From assembly GCA_963822965.1 (NCBI GenBank), contig CAWGJT010000001.1, positions 224,001-288,000 of the forward strand: 64,000 nt of DNA, read 5' to 3'. This stretch comes from an uncultured delta proteobacterium (GTDB taxonomy: Bacteria; Myxococcota_A; UBA9160; UBA4427). Every line of letters starts with the position of its first letter. The first letter of the stretch is position 1. Made by a program: the position numbers and the translations under genes. Below the pieces are notes generated by a model that searched no databases, was not told the DNA's origin, and was given only the letters and a program-made list of their open reading frames with translations. Shown piece after piece: positions 8,429-18,901 of this stretch.

Positions 8429-10626
8429 CTCGGGCTTGGATCCCCCGCAGCCGACGCCGGTTCCACAGCCGCGAGCCCGACACCGGCGGTGGCCATGAAG
8501 AGGAGCGCCACCCCCGTGGCAGGCTCCGGCGCGGCGCTTCCCGCGAAGCCACCGGCGCTTACGAGCTGGGCTGCACCCGGGAGCGCGACGGTCGCCGCCT
8601 TCCGCAGGGCCTCCGGCGGGTACGCAAGCGGCGAGACCCCGGCAACCGGCGGAACCGCGACGTCCGACTCCAGGGCCTCGCCGCCGGGATTCACGATCTC
8701 CTTGGCGACGGCCACGAACGAGGTCCACTGGGTGACGAGCCGATGCTCGAGTCCCAGGGCCACGACCTCTTCCTTCAGCTTCTCGCGCTCGTCGCCGGAC
8801 AGGTCGGGCCGGCGGTAGCTGGTCATCCGATCCTCGACCCAGGCGCGCGCCCACAGGATGGGCAACGCCTCGCCGGCGGTGCCCCGCGTATCGTCGGGCA
8901 GCACGAGGTCGAGGGGCAGGCTCACCGGACGTCCGGCGACACGGCCGTGCACCTGGATGCGATAGGTTCCGCTGGCCGCGTAGCGCCCCATCACCCGGAG
9001 CGAGCGACCGAGGAAGAGATCGGGGACCTGCGACGGGAAGACGTCCGCCACGGGCGCGTCGCCCCAATCGACCCACACGTCCGTCAGGACGGGCGAGGCG
9101 AGGCGCGCCGCCAGCTCGTCGGCCGCCGCCTCGGCGTCCTCGTCAGGCAGCACGATGCGCGCGGCGCCGCGTCCCACCCGGGCCATCTCCTCCAGCAGAT
9201 AGCGGTTGACGCCGTTTCCGACGCCGAAGGAGAAGAAGCGCGCGTCGCCCCGGCGCGACTCCACGAGCCGCACCACCTCGACGTCGTTGCCGATGTAGCC
9301 GTCGGTCAGGAAGACCACCAGGCGCAGCGCGCCTTCGGGAACCGGCGGTGCGAGCGCGGTGCGGATGCCGCTGGTCATCTCCGTGCCGCCCGATCCGTAG
9401 AGTCGATCCACGTAGGCGAGCGCACTCTGCACGTTCTCCGGGGTGGCGGGCAGCGGGCGCTCGCCCCACTCGCTCGCCGCCTCGCTGAAGCGGATGATGC
9501 GGAACGAGTCCGTCGGCCGTAGCTGCGGCAGGGCCCGGCGCATGAAGCGCTTGGAGGCGTCCATGGGAACGCCCGCCATGCTGCCCGAGCAGTCGAGCAC
9601 GAAGACGAGCTCGCGCGGCGTGATGCGATCGTCGGTCGCGTCCGCCGGCGGCTCGAGCAGCAGGCTCAGGAAGCCGACCCCGTCCTCCGCCTGGGTGGTC
9701 ACGCCGGCGGCCACGTCGTCGCCGGCCAGGCGGTACTCCAGGATGAAGTCCCGGTTGTCGACGGTCGGGCCCTCCGCGAGGGAGATGCGGTAGTCGCTCT
9801 TCGACCGGCGATCGACCGCGATGTGGTGGCTGGGGCTCGACACCCGGCGGATGGGCAGGCCGCCGTCCAGGACGATGCGGAGCTGGACCCGCTCGCGATC
9901 GATCTCGTCCGGGGCGGCCACCGGGGCCGAAGCCGGCAGGTTCCAGCGGCCGATCTCCAGCGCCTCGGGCTCTCCCGGCTGGCGGGTCGGCGCGCCCTCG
10001 GATCCACCCGGAGGCGCGACGGGCACGTAGCGGGGACCGACCACCATGGGGAAGTGGAACACGTAGTCGCCGTCGAGCCCGCGAGCGCCCTTCTCCACCA
10101 CGTGCGCGTACTCGAGGTCCACGCGGACGGGCCTTCCGGGCATCAGGTTCGCCACCTCCTGGCTGAAGACGTTGGGCCGATGCTGCTCGAGGAGCGCCGC
10201 CTGGTTGCCGCGCTCCTTGGCGTTCTCGAAGATGGCCCGGGCCTCCTGCTTGCGGTGGATCTCGGCCTCGATCACCTGGTCGCCGCTGGTGATGCGCATG
10301 GCGTAGACGACGGCGTTGGAAGGCAGCGGGAACACGTACCTCGCGTGGATCGGCTGCGGGTGGGGGTTCGCGAAGAGCTGGGTGAGCTTCACCGTCGCGA
10401 GATCGCCCTGGATGCGGACGTCCACGAGGGTCTTCAGCAGGGGGAGCGGCACCCGGTGTCCGTCGAGATCGGCCTCCAGGGCGACCGGCGGTGCGTCGAC
10501 GTCTTCGGCGGCGATCCGCGCAACGGCGATCCGATCCGCCGCGACGGCGGCGAGTCCCACCGAGACGACGAGGACGAGCCAGAGCCAGGGAGCGGTGCGG
10601 TTCGGTTGCTTGCGGAGCGGCTTCAT
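8385..10626 (-). CDS. VIT + VWA domain protein with PEP-CTERM-like sorting tail (apparent frameshift near 8470; end approximate)
   Basis: N-terminal TM/signal; VIT motifs YVFPLP and ALLEQHRPNVF; MIDAS DCSGS, LTDG; APEPAT + TM tail. Confidence 0.88.
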
Positions 10627-10662
10627 GGGATTCCTTTCGGGTCCGATTCGCGAGGCGGGACC

Positions 10663-12190
10663 TCAGGAGCGGGGTCTCGCGGGAGAAGGAAGGTCGAGGG
10701 CGGCGAAGAGCGCCGCGTCGAAGGTCGTGCAGCGTCCGGGCTCGGCGTCACACACGGGCCACGGCGTGATGCGCTCCACCAGGCTCCAGGCCTGCCGGCG
10801 GGCGAGCCAGCGCCACAGCACCTCCGAGACGCTGGTGGCGCTCTCGCCCGAGTCGCTCACGAACGACGCCTCCACCCGCCAGGCGCGCCCGTCGGGTGCG
10901 ACGCTGCGGTAGACGACGGAAGGCGCGGCCGCGTGGCGCACACCGATGCGCGTCACCGTGTGGCCCGCTCCGATGAGGCAGCGGTCGGGGCCGTGCAGGT
11001 GACGCAGGGGTGCGCCGGTTCGGACCAGCAGGACGGTGTGCGCGACACCCGCACCGTCCTGGTAGACGCGCTTCTGGAGCGAGCCGCCGTACTGCTCGTA
11101 GTAGCGGCGCTCCAGCGCGGACGGGGGCAGCGGGCCACCGACCGCGTCGCCGAGGGCCGCGGGCAGCGCCCAGCCCGACAGGGGCCGCGACACGTCCAGA
11201 GGCTTCTCGGGCGTGAATGCCACGAGCCCCGCCGCGCACGCGAGCACCGCCGCCGCCACCGCGGGCCGCGCCGTCGTCCGACGCGCGGGGCGGAACGACG
11301 CCGAAGGGACGCTGCCAGCGCGCCTCGCGCGGGGGAAGCCGGAGCCCCACCCCGAAGACGGGCAGCGAAGCGACGGCGAGCACCGCGGACCCCAGCAGGG
11401 TGTGCCAGGGCTCGTCGTGCAGGGGAATGCCGCCGAGCGCCCCCTCGAACAGCACGACGACGCGCAGAGCGTTGGCGACGAGAGCGCCCCCGACGACCGC
11501 CGCCGCGCCCCACACGGCCTGCCGTGGGGTCGCCCGGCGGCGACACCAGAAGGCGAGCGCCAGGCCCGAGAGCAGCAGCAGGCCGCGGGCGCCGCTGCAC
11601 GGGAGGTCCACCGCCAGCTCCACACCCGGATGCACCAGGAGCACCCCCTCGCGCACCAGCCCGGGATGCAGGGACGCGAGCACCGCCTCGGCAATCGCCG
11701 CCGCCGCGAGCTGCAGCGGATGGCCAGCGAGCCGCTGGAGGACGTGCTCGAGGGGAAGCGCGAGCACGCCCAGGCAGGCCACCGCCAGCGGTCGCAGCGC
11801 GAACGGACGGCGATCGACGCCGAGGGCGATGGCGAGGGCACCCAGGTCCACCACCAGCGCCAGGGCGCCGATGGTGTCGACGGCCAGCAGGTGCCCGACC
11901 ACGCGCACCGTCGCCGTCCCGAGCAGGAGCCTCCAGGCACGTAGCCCCGCCCGCGGGTCGGGCTGCGCGGGCCCGCTGGCCACCGAGGCGGCCCCCAGCG
12001 CCGCGATCCCGAGCGCCAGCCAGCCTCCCTCGCTCTGATAGGCGGGATCGGTCCAGGTCGTCGCGAGCCAGCGAGCCGGATGCACCGCCAGCACGATCGC
12101 CGCCACGCCGGAGACGACGCCGGGCCAGCCGAAGCGGAAGGCGCGCTCCCGGCCGGTCCGGAGCACGCTCGCGATCGCGGAGGGATCCAT
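10663..12190 (-). CDS. Exosortase family protein (VIT-associated, XrtT-like) with C-terminal periplasmic domain (apparent frameshift near 11290)
   Basis: Multi-TM; PCSG (Cys), NALRV (Arg), WHTLLG (His); C-terminal HGPDRCLIGAG resembles EpsI-like domains. Confidence 0.85.
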
Positions 12191-12333
12191 GGCGCGAAGG
12201 ATCCCGTCCGAGCGTGCCCTCGATGTCCCCGCCGCGTGGCAGGCTCGGGGCGGAACCGTGCAGGTCCCGTGCAAGCCGCAGGGTCAGGTCCGGTCGCTCG
12301 AGCCCCGCTGTCCCGGGGCGACCGTCGCTTCGC

Positions 12334-12747
12334 TCAGCGAGCCCGCAGCGCGTCTCGGATCTCGGTGAGCAGCACCTCTTCGCGGGAGGGCGCGGGCGGG
12401 GCCGCCGGGGCCGCCTCTTCCTTCTTGCGCGCCGCCGCCATGGCGGAGTTCATGGCCTTCACCACGAGGAAGATCGCGAAGGCGATGATGAGGAAGTCGA
12501 GGACCGTGTTGATGAACACGCCGTAGTTGATCGTGACCGCCTTCGCATCGCCGACGGCCTCCTTGAGGGGAATGGACAGGCTCGAAAAGTCCACACCGCC
12601 GAGCACCAGCCCGATGGGCGGCATCAGGATGTCGTTGGTGAACGAGGCCACGATCTTGCCGAAGGCGGCGCCCATCACCAGACCCACCGCGATGTCGACG
12701 ACGTTGCCCTTCACCGCGAACTTCTTGAACTCGGACAGCATGCTCAT
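12334..12747 (-). CDS. mscL: Large-conductance mechanosensitive channel
   Basis: [39 protein letters not shown]. Confidence 0.97.
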   Translation of the reverse strand: MSMLSEFKKFAVKGNVVDIAVGLVMGAAFGKIVASFTNDILMPPIGLVLGGVDFSSLSIPLKEAVGDAKAVTINYGVFINTVLDFLIIAFAIFLVVKAMNSAMAAARKKEEAAPAAPPAPSREEVLLTEIRDALRAR

Positions 12748-13057
12748 TTTCGATGGTTTCCTTCGTGCCCGAGGATCGGGTAGGCGACCAGGGCTTCCGG
12801 GGCCCCGGCTCGACGGGCAGGCCAGCCCACGACGGGTCAGCCCGGGGCGCTGACGAATCCGGAGGACTCGAGAGCGAGCGCACCATCCCACCGGAACGGG
12901 GGCGGCGTCAAGGAGCTCGATCTTCTTCCGGCCGGACGATGCCCGGGCCCGACTCCCAGGACACCCGCGTACACCGGATGGGCTTCTTCGCCCTCGACGA
13001 ACCCGTACGGATCCTGCGGTGGGCGGCCACGACCGGCCCGTCATCGGGCTGCGGGGG

Positions 13058-13582
13058 TCAGCAGACGTCGACGACGGTCCACTCGCGGTCGCGACCCTGG
13101 ATGACGACGTCCACGGCATCACCCGCGCGGGCGCCCTGGAGGGCCCGGCCCAGGGGTGACTGCGGCGTGATGACCGAGACGAAGCCGTCGCCCCCCGGTC
13201 CGTTCAGCTCGCTTCCGGCGCCCACCGGCAGGATGAAGAGGGTGCGCTCCTCGCTCTCGCCGTCCGTCTCGACGCTCACATCCACCAGCGCGCCGACGCC
13301 AACGGCGTCCGTGGGCGCGAAGGCGCGAAGGCGCGGGCCGAACGCGATCAGGGTCTCGAGCTCGCGGGCCGCGTCCTCCCGCCGCTTGCGATGGCCGGCG
13401 GCGACACGCTGCAGGTCCAGCGCCCCCTTGGCGTCCTCGGATCGGCGCGCCTCCTGCTGGATGGCCCCGGCGCCCTCGGCGGCGTCGGTCTCGGCGCGGC
13501 GCGCCCGGGAGATGACCTCCTGGTACTCGCGCTTCAGCGCCTCGACGAAGAACCGCTTGCGCTCGAGGATTCCCGGGGCCAT
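13058..13582 (-). CDS. GreA/GreB-family domain protein
   Basis: N-terminal coiled coil; VGVGALV and [20 protein letters not shown]-terminal domain. Confidence 0.8.
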   Translation of the reverse strand: MAPGILERKRFFVEALKREYQEVISRARRAETDAAEGAGAIQQEARRSEDAKGALDLQRVAAGHRKRREDAARELETLIAFGPRLRAFAPTDAVGVGALVDVSVETDGESEERTLFILPVGAGSELNGPGGDGFVSVITPQSPLGRALQGARAGDAVDVVIQGRDREWTVVDVC

Positions 13583-13669
13583 GGCGGAAGAGTAGACGCG
13601 AAGCGCGCCGGCCCGCGAGTGCCGACTGGGCAGTGAAGAACCCCGGAGCGGGCGAGGTGCCCGGTGCTT

Positions 13670-14781
13670 CTATTCGGGTGGCGCGTTGCAGGCGCCGAGG
13701 GCGACCACTTCCGTGGGCTCGTGGTCCATGCAGGCCGTCCGCCCGAAGTAGTGCTCGACCGATTCCCGGATCACCGGCAGGTGGGTCGAGCCGCCCGCGA
13801 GCAGCACGGCGCTCACGTCGCCGGCTCGAAGACCCGGCCGCATTCACCGCCTCGTCGCAGATCGAGCAGCGCCCGCTGCACCAGGTCCAGGCAGAGACCG
13901 TCGAGGGTCGAGCGCCGGAGGACCAGACCTTCCTGGGTGATGGGGCAATCGGGATCGACCTGCGCCAGGTCGATGCGGGTCTCGTCGCTGGCGGCGAGTC
14001 GGATCTTCGCCGCCTCGCATTCCGCCAGCAGCCGCGCCGATACCTCCCAGCAGCTCGCCAGGTCCCAGTTGTGGTGCTTGAGCACCTCGAGGGTCGCCCA
14101 GTCGGCGAGCTTGCGGTCGATGTCGTTCCCGCCCAGGAACAGGTCACTGGCCATCCCGATCACTTCGGGGCTGCGGGTGCCACAGTCCACGATCGCGACG
14201 TCCAGGGTCCCGCCTCCGAGGTCGTACACCGCGACCGGGCCGCGCAGATCCGGGTCGTCCAGGTACGCATAAGCGGTTGCCATGGCCTCGTCGAGGAGAC
14301 GGAGACCGCGCAGGCCGGCGTGCAGCGCGGCGGTGACGGTCTCGTCGCGCTGTCTCTCGTTGAAGCCCGTGGGAACCGTCAGCACGACCTCGAGATCCTC
14401 GTCCACGCCCTCGAGTCGCTCGGCGATCCGGTCGAGCAGGATGGCCGCGATGTCGGTGGGACTGTGCAGACCCGCCCGCGTCTTGAAGGCCGGTCGGTCG
14501 CCGCCCGCATCGACCACCTCCACCGGGTAGCGCTCCCGGAACAATCGCGCCTCCCGCTCGGAGTAGAGGCGCCCGATCAGACGCTTCGACGAGAAGATCG
14601 TGTTGGCCTGGTCGATCGCGCGCCGCCGCGCCGCGCTGCGACCCGTGGCGACGCTGCCGTTGGGGAGGAACGCGACCACCGAGGGCAGCCCGGACTCTCC
14701 GTGCTTGTCGATGCCGAGCACCCGCTGCTCGACCGACGCAACCGTGTTCGTCGTGCCCAGGTCGATGCCGATCCGCCTCAA
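13670..14781 (-). CDS. Hsp70-family protein, nucleotide-binding domain only (two apparent frameshifts near 13830-13870)
   Basis: GIDLGTTNT, LPSVVAF, SKRLIGR, TVP, VYDLGGGTLD, LGGNDID; shifted tail VLLAGGST...EVVALGA then TAG. Confidence 0.85.
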
Positions 14782-15456
14782 GAGTCGATCCTCCCGAGGA
14801 AGCGCTGCAGGATCGACAGGGCCCCGGGGTCGATGCTCGAGACGCGAGCCGTGTAGATGAGGTCGTCCTCGTCTCCACAGCTCTCCACCCGGCACTGGAG
14901 CGAGACCTTCTCCCGCGGCGCATCGGGTTCCGCGCTCGGCAGGAAGAAGTCGAGCGAGAGCACCGTCTCGAGCTCGAAGGCGCGGTCGCCCTGGAGCAGG
15001 AGGCTCTTCTCGTCCAGGTCGAGCACGATCACGAAGCCCTCGCCGGGATGCTCGGGCGTCGGTTCGGTAGTGGACGAGCAGGTCGAGCGTCCCGACCAGC
15101 TCCTCGCAGAGGGCGAGCAGCTCCGTCACGACGTGGACCAGGTCTTCGGCGCCGCAGATCACCAGCGTCCGGTCGTCGACGGAAGGTGGGCGCGGGGTCG
15201 GCTCCAGGGCGTCGGAGGCCAGGACCACGCGCGTCCCGCGACAGCCCCCGCGCTCCAACGAGTCGATCAGGTTCTCCGCCTCCTCCAGACCCGCTTCCTT
15301 GCCGAAGACGACGATCGCGGGACGCTCCAGCTGGGCCAGGATCCGGCCGCCCTCCAGGGTGGGCGTCTCCACCAGATCCACCGCGCTGACCCCGGAGAGG
15401 TGCCGGTTCAGGTGGATCCAGAGCCCGACGCTCTGCGCGACCAGGACGCGTCTCAC
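14778..15456 (-). CDS. Hypothetical protein, receiver-like N-terminus and degenerate PilZ-like C-terminus (apparent frameshift near 15040)
   Basis: MRRVLVA start; C-terminal LDLDEKSLLLQGDRAFELETVLSLDFFLP resembles a PilZ barrel. Confidence 0.5.
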
Positions 15457-15498
15457 GACGCGCCTGCGAGCCGGCGGCGCAGCCCGGTCGGCCCGGGA

Positions 15499-16620
15499 CT
15501 ACGCATCGTCGATGACCTCGGACACGACCACGTTGGGGGCCCGTTCCCCTCCCGCGAACCGAGGCAACGAGGCCACCATCTCCTCGAGGGCCGCGGCGAT
15601 GCTCGGCCCCACCTCCCGGAATTGCAGCACGCATCCATGGGGGCCGTCGTTGCGAGCCACGACGGCCTTGACCAGCAGCGGCGTGCGACCCGCCCGGCCG
15701 TAGATCACGAGCTTGAACTCGTCGCCCTTCTCCAGACGCTCGTCCGGAGCGACGCGCATCCCCCCGGTCGAGAGATCCCGCCCGACGATGGTGTGGACCG
15801 CGCCCTTGGCGGCGGCCAGCACGGGACGGCAGTAGCTCTTCCGGGGCGAGCGGCGCCGATCCGGCTGCGACCCGGCTTCGGCGGGCGGTGCTTCGGAGGC
15901 AGCCGGGCTGCGGGGGGCCGCCTTCACCTTCCGGGGGCGGATGGTCGCCGACCCGATGCCGTGGCGCGCCATCAGCGTCCGCAGCCTTTCCCGGACCGCG
16001 GCGGGGGGAGGTCGGAAGGCGACCGAGATCTCGTGCTGCCCCGGTCCATCGCCCTCGCTGGGCTGCGATCCGACGACACGACCCTCGAGCGACAGGGTCC
16101 GCCCGCGCGTGAGGCTCCGGGGGAACACGACCTGCGTGCGATCGCCCGGCGCGAGCGCCTCGGCGCACAGCAGCCCGCACCCCTTCTCGGAGAGCTGGGT
16201 CAGCGTGGCGCGCCGCGGACGCAGCCCGGAGCCGAGCTTCACCTCCGCGCTCATGGCGACACGTTCGTTCGTCCTCCGCTCGGGACCGCTGTAGAGCGCG
16301 TGCAGGATCAGCAGGCGCAGGGCGATGGGGTGCACCGGTCGTTGGACGATGAAGTCGAAGCACCCCGCCTTCAGCGCGCTGCGCAGGGCCGGCGAGTCCT
16401 CTTCCAGGATCACGATGTGGAACGAGCGGCGCTCCACCTCGGCCGCCCGCTCGGCAGAGGCCTCGAGGGCATGACGCGCGTTGCTGATCCAGAGCGCCTC
16501 CGAAGGCACGTCGCCGTGCCACGCGTCCAGGAAGCGTAGATCCAGCTTCTCGAGCAGCTGCCGGACGTCCTCCAGATCGCCGTCATCGGCGAGGGCAATC
16601 GGCGGCAGCTCGGCGTTCAC
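15499..16620 (-). CDS. Receiver-like + tandem PilZ domain protein
   Basis: IALADD; RRTNER..QLSEKG; RRRSPR..DLSTGG. Confidence 0.8.
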   Translation of the reverse strand: MNAELPPIALADDGDLEDVRQLLEKLDLRFLDAWHGDVPSEALWISNARHALEASAERAAEVERRSFHIVILEEDSPALRSALKAGCFDFIVQRPVHPIALRLLILHALYSGPERRTNERVAMSAEVKLGSGLRPRRATLTQLSEKGCGLLCAEALAPGDRTQVVFPRSLTRGRTLSLEGRVVGSQPSEGDGPGQHEISVAFRPPPAAVRERLRTLMARHGIGSATIRPRKVKAAPRSPAASEAPPAEAGSQPDRRRSPRKSYCRPVLAAAKGAVHTIVGRDLSTGGMRVAPDERLEKGDEFKLVIYGRAGRTPLLVKAVVARNDGPHGCVLQFREVGPSIAAALEEMVASLPRFAGGERAPNVVVSEVIDDA

Positions 16621-16801
16621 GCGTTCCCCCAAGGAAAGGGCCCGAGAGCGAGGCAGTGGGACCCTGGAGATCGGTATCCCACGACACTTGCTTGAGGCGA
16701 CACGACTCGGCGTTCTCCCCGGCGAGAGCGAGGAGAGGGAGTCCCCTTGCCCCCGAAGTACGACACTTTCGGACGCATCCGGGAGCCCGAGACCAGCGCT
16801 C

Positions 16802-18025
16802 CTAGCCCGAGCCTTCGGGCTCCGGGTCCGACTCCGGGACCCAGGCGAAGAGCCCCGCCGTCGCCACCACGGCCAGCCCGGCGCCGAAGTAGAAGGGCGC
16901 CGCCGGACCGAACCCCGCCCAGGAACCGAGTCCCTGCCAGAGCAGCCCGGCGATCAGCGAAGCGGGCAGATCGAGCACGCCCAGCAGGGCCGCGTGACTG
17001 CCATAGGCCATGGCCCGGCGCTCGGCGGGAACGAGATCGGCCACGAAGGCCCGGGCCGTGCCCGTCGCGAGGCCGTAGTAGACGCCGTAGACGGCGTAGA
17101 GCCACGCGATGGTGGGCGCGCCCCCGGCGCGCGCGAAGCCCAGATAGATGGCCGCATAGACGAGCCAGCCCATGGCGAGCACCTGCCGGCGGCCGATGCG
17201 ATCCGAGAGGCGGCCGGCCGGCGTCGAGACCAGCGCGTAGACGACGTTGAAGGCGAGCAGCATCCAGAGCACGTCGGTCACTCCCGCGCCGCGCTCCTGG
17301 GCGCGCAGCACCAGGAAGGCGTCCGACGAGTTGCCGAGGTCGAAGAGGCCGGCCACCACGAGGAAGCGCGCGAACGGACGCCCGAGACCCCGCACCCCCA
17401 TGCGCAGCGGGCTGCCGGGCCCCGAGGCTCGCGCTTCGCGCGCCGCGAAGGCCAGCACCGCCACCGCCAGGACGGCGGGTGCCAGGCTCAGCAGAACCAG
17501 GGTGTGGAACGTGTCCCGGGTGAGCCGGTCGGCACCGCCCTGCACCGCACCCACCACCGCGATCGAAACCGCGATGCCGAGCACGGCGCCGCCGGTGTCC
17601 GCGGCCCGGTGCAGCCCGAAGGCCAGGCCGCGATTGCGCTCGTCGATCGAGTCGGCCAGCAGGGCGTCGCGCGGCGCCGTACGGATTCCCTTGCCGACGC
17701 GATCGGCCCAGCGCGCGCCGGCCACGGTGCCCCAGCTGCCCGCGAGCAGGAAGCCCGGCTTGGCGAGGGCCGACACCGCGTACCCCAGGACCGCAGGCCA
17801 CTTGCGGCTGCGGAATCGATCGGAGAGGGCGCCGGAGCCGAGCTTCAGCAGGCTCGCGGCCGACTCGGCCACCCCCTCGATCAGGCCGATCACCGACGTG
17901 CGCGCACCGAGCACGTTGGCGAGGAAGAGAGGCAGCAGGTTCAGGACCATCTCGCTCGAGAGGTCCATCAGGAAGCTGGTGATGCTGGCCGCCCAGATGT
18001 TGCGCGGGATCGGTCGGCCCGGCAT
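16802..18025 (-). CDS. MFS transporter
   Basis: About 12 TMs; GALSDRFRSRK, DRVGKGIRTAPRDALL, GRLSDRIGRR. Confidence 0.92.
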   Translation of the reverse strand: MPGRPIPRNIWAASITSFLMDLSSEMVLNLLPLFLANVLGARTSVIGLIEGVAESAASLLKLGSGALSDRFRSRKWPAVLGYAVSALAKPGFLLAGSWGTVAGARWADRVGKGIRTAPRDALLADSIDERNRGLAFGLHRAADTGGAVLGIAVSIAVVGAVQGGADRLTRDTFHTLVLLSLAPAVLAVAVLAFAAREARASGPGSPLRMGVRGLGRPFARFLVVAGLFDLGNSSDAFLVLRAQERGAGVTDVLWMLLAFNVVYALVSTPAGRLSDRIGRRQVLAMGWLVYAAIYLGFARAGGAPTIAWLYAVYGVYYGLATGTARAFVADLVPAERRAMAYGSHAALLGVLDLPASLIAGLLWQGLGSWAGFGPAAPFYFGAGLAVVATAGLFAWVPESDPEPEGSG

Positions 18026-18188
18026 CGGTGAGCTCCCCCCGGCGCGGGAGTGTCGCGGCGCGGGGGCCCCACCGCAACGAGCGGCAGACCGGGCCGGACC
18101 TCCCGCGTGCGCCCCGCCGAGAGCAACTTTCGCGAATCCGGCGGACCCCTGCGAGCTAAGTTTCGGGCTCACCGACGAGGATGGGCCC

Positions 18189-18866
18189 ATGCCGCCGAAG
18201 GGCGAACCGGCCTTCGATGTACGCGCGGCGGAGCGACATCTCGCTCGGCGGGACGAACGTCTCGCCGAGCTGATCGCCACCGCCCCGCCCTTCCGCATCG
18301 ATCCCCGTCGGTCGCCCTACGACGCGTTGCTCGAGTCGATCGCCTACCAGTCCATCTCGGGCCGGGCCGCGGCGACGATCTTCGCTCGGGTGAAGGCTCT
18401 GGGGCGAAACGGCTCGCCCCCCGCGCCGGAGGCGATGCTGAAGCTCTCGCCGGCCACGCTCCGAAAGGCCGGCCTGTCGGGCGCCAAGGTCACCGCCATG
18501 AAGGACCTGGCACGCAAGCGGATCGAAGGCGTCGTCCCGACCCTCGGCCAGGCGCGCCGCATGTCCGACGAGGAGCTCGTCGAGCGCCTCGTGTCGGTCC
18601 GCGGCATCGGCGTCTGGTCGGTGGAGATGTTCCTGATCTTCCGCCTGGGCCGGCCGGACGTGCTGCCGATCCACGACCTCGGCGTGAAGAAGGGCTGGGC
18701 GGTCACCTACGGCAGGAAGCACATGCCGACGCCGAAGCAGCTCCTCGCCTTCGGTGAGCGCTGGCGCCCGTACCGGACGCTCGCCAGCTGGTACCTGTGG
18801 CGCGCCTTCGAGCGTGCGGGCCCCGCAGCGACGAACTCGATCCAGGCGCCGCGAAAGCCGCGCTAG
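18189..18866 (+). CDS. DNA-3-methyladenine glycosylase, AlkA/HhH-GPD family
   Basis: LLESIAYQSIS, VRGIGVWSVEM, DVLPIHDLG, WRPYRTLASWYLW. Confidence 0.9.
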   Translation: MPPKGEPAFDVRAAERHLARRDERLAELIATAPPFRIDPRRSPYDALLESIAYQSISGRAAATIFARVKALGRNGSPPAPEAMLKLSPATLRKAGLSGAKVTAMKDLARKRIEGVVPTLGQARRMSDEELVERLVSVRGIGVWSVEMFLIFRLGRPDVLPIHDLGVKKGWAVTYGRKHMPTPKQLLAFGERWRPYRTLASWYLWRAFERAGPAATNSIQAPRKPR

Positions 18867-18901
18867 ATGGCTTCGAGCACGATCGGCTGCCCGGGCCGGG
18901 C

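Noticed and set aside
7720..10626. 968-aa VIT/VWA-response regulator fusion in the ORF track
   Set aside because: Explained by two single-base frameshifts; the regulator has its own ATG at 8428 and the VIT protein has a sorting tail.
12259..12275. Sigma54 promoter for the exosortase operon (TTGCACG-N4-CTGC)
   Set aside because: Lacks the invariant GG at -24.
13813..15456. 547-aa receiver-Hsp70 fusion
   Set aside because: The middle is non-coding-like; a frameshift near 15040 restores a separate gene ending at 14778.
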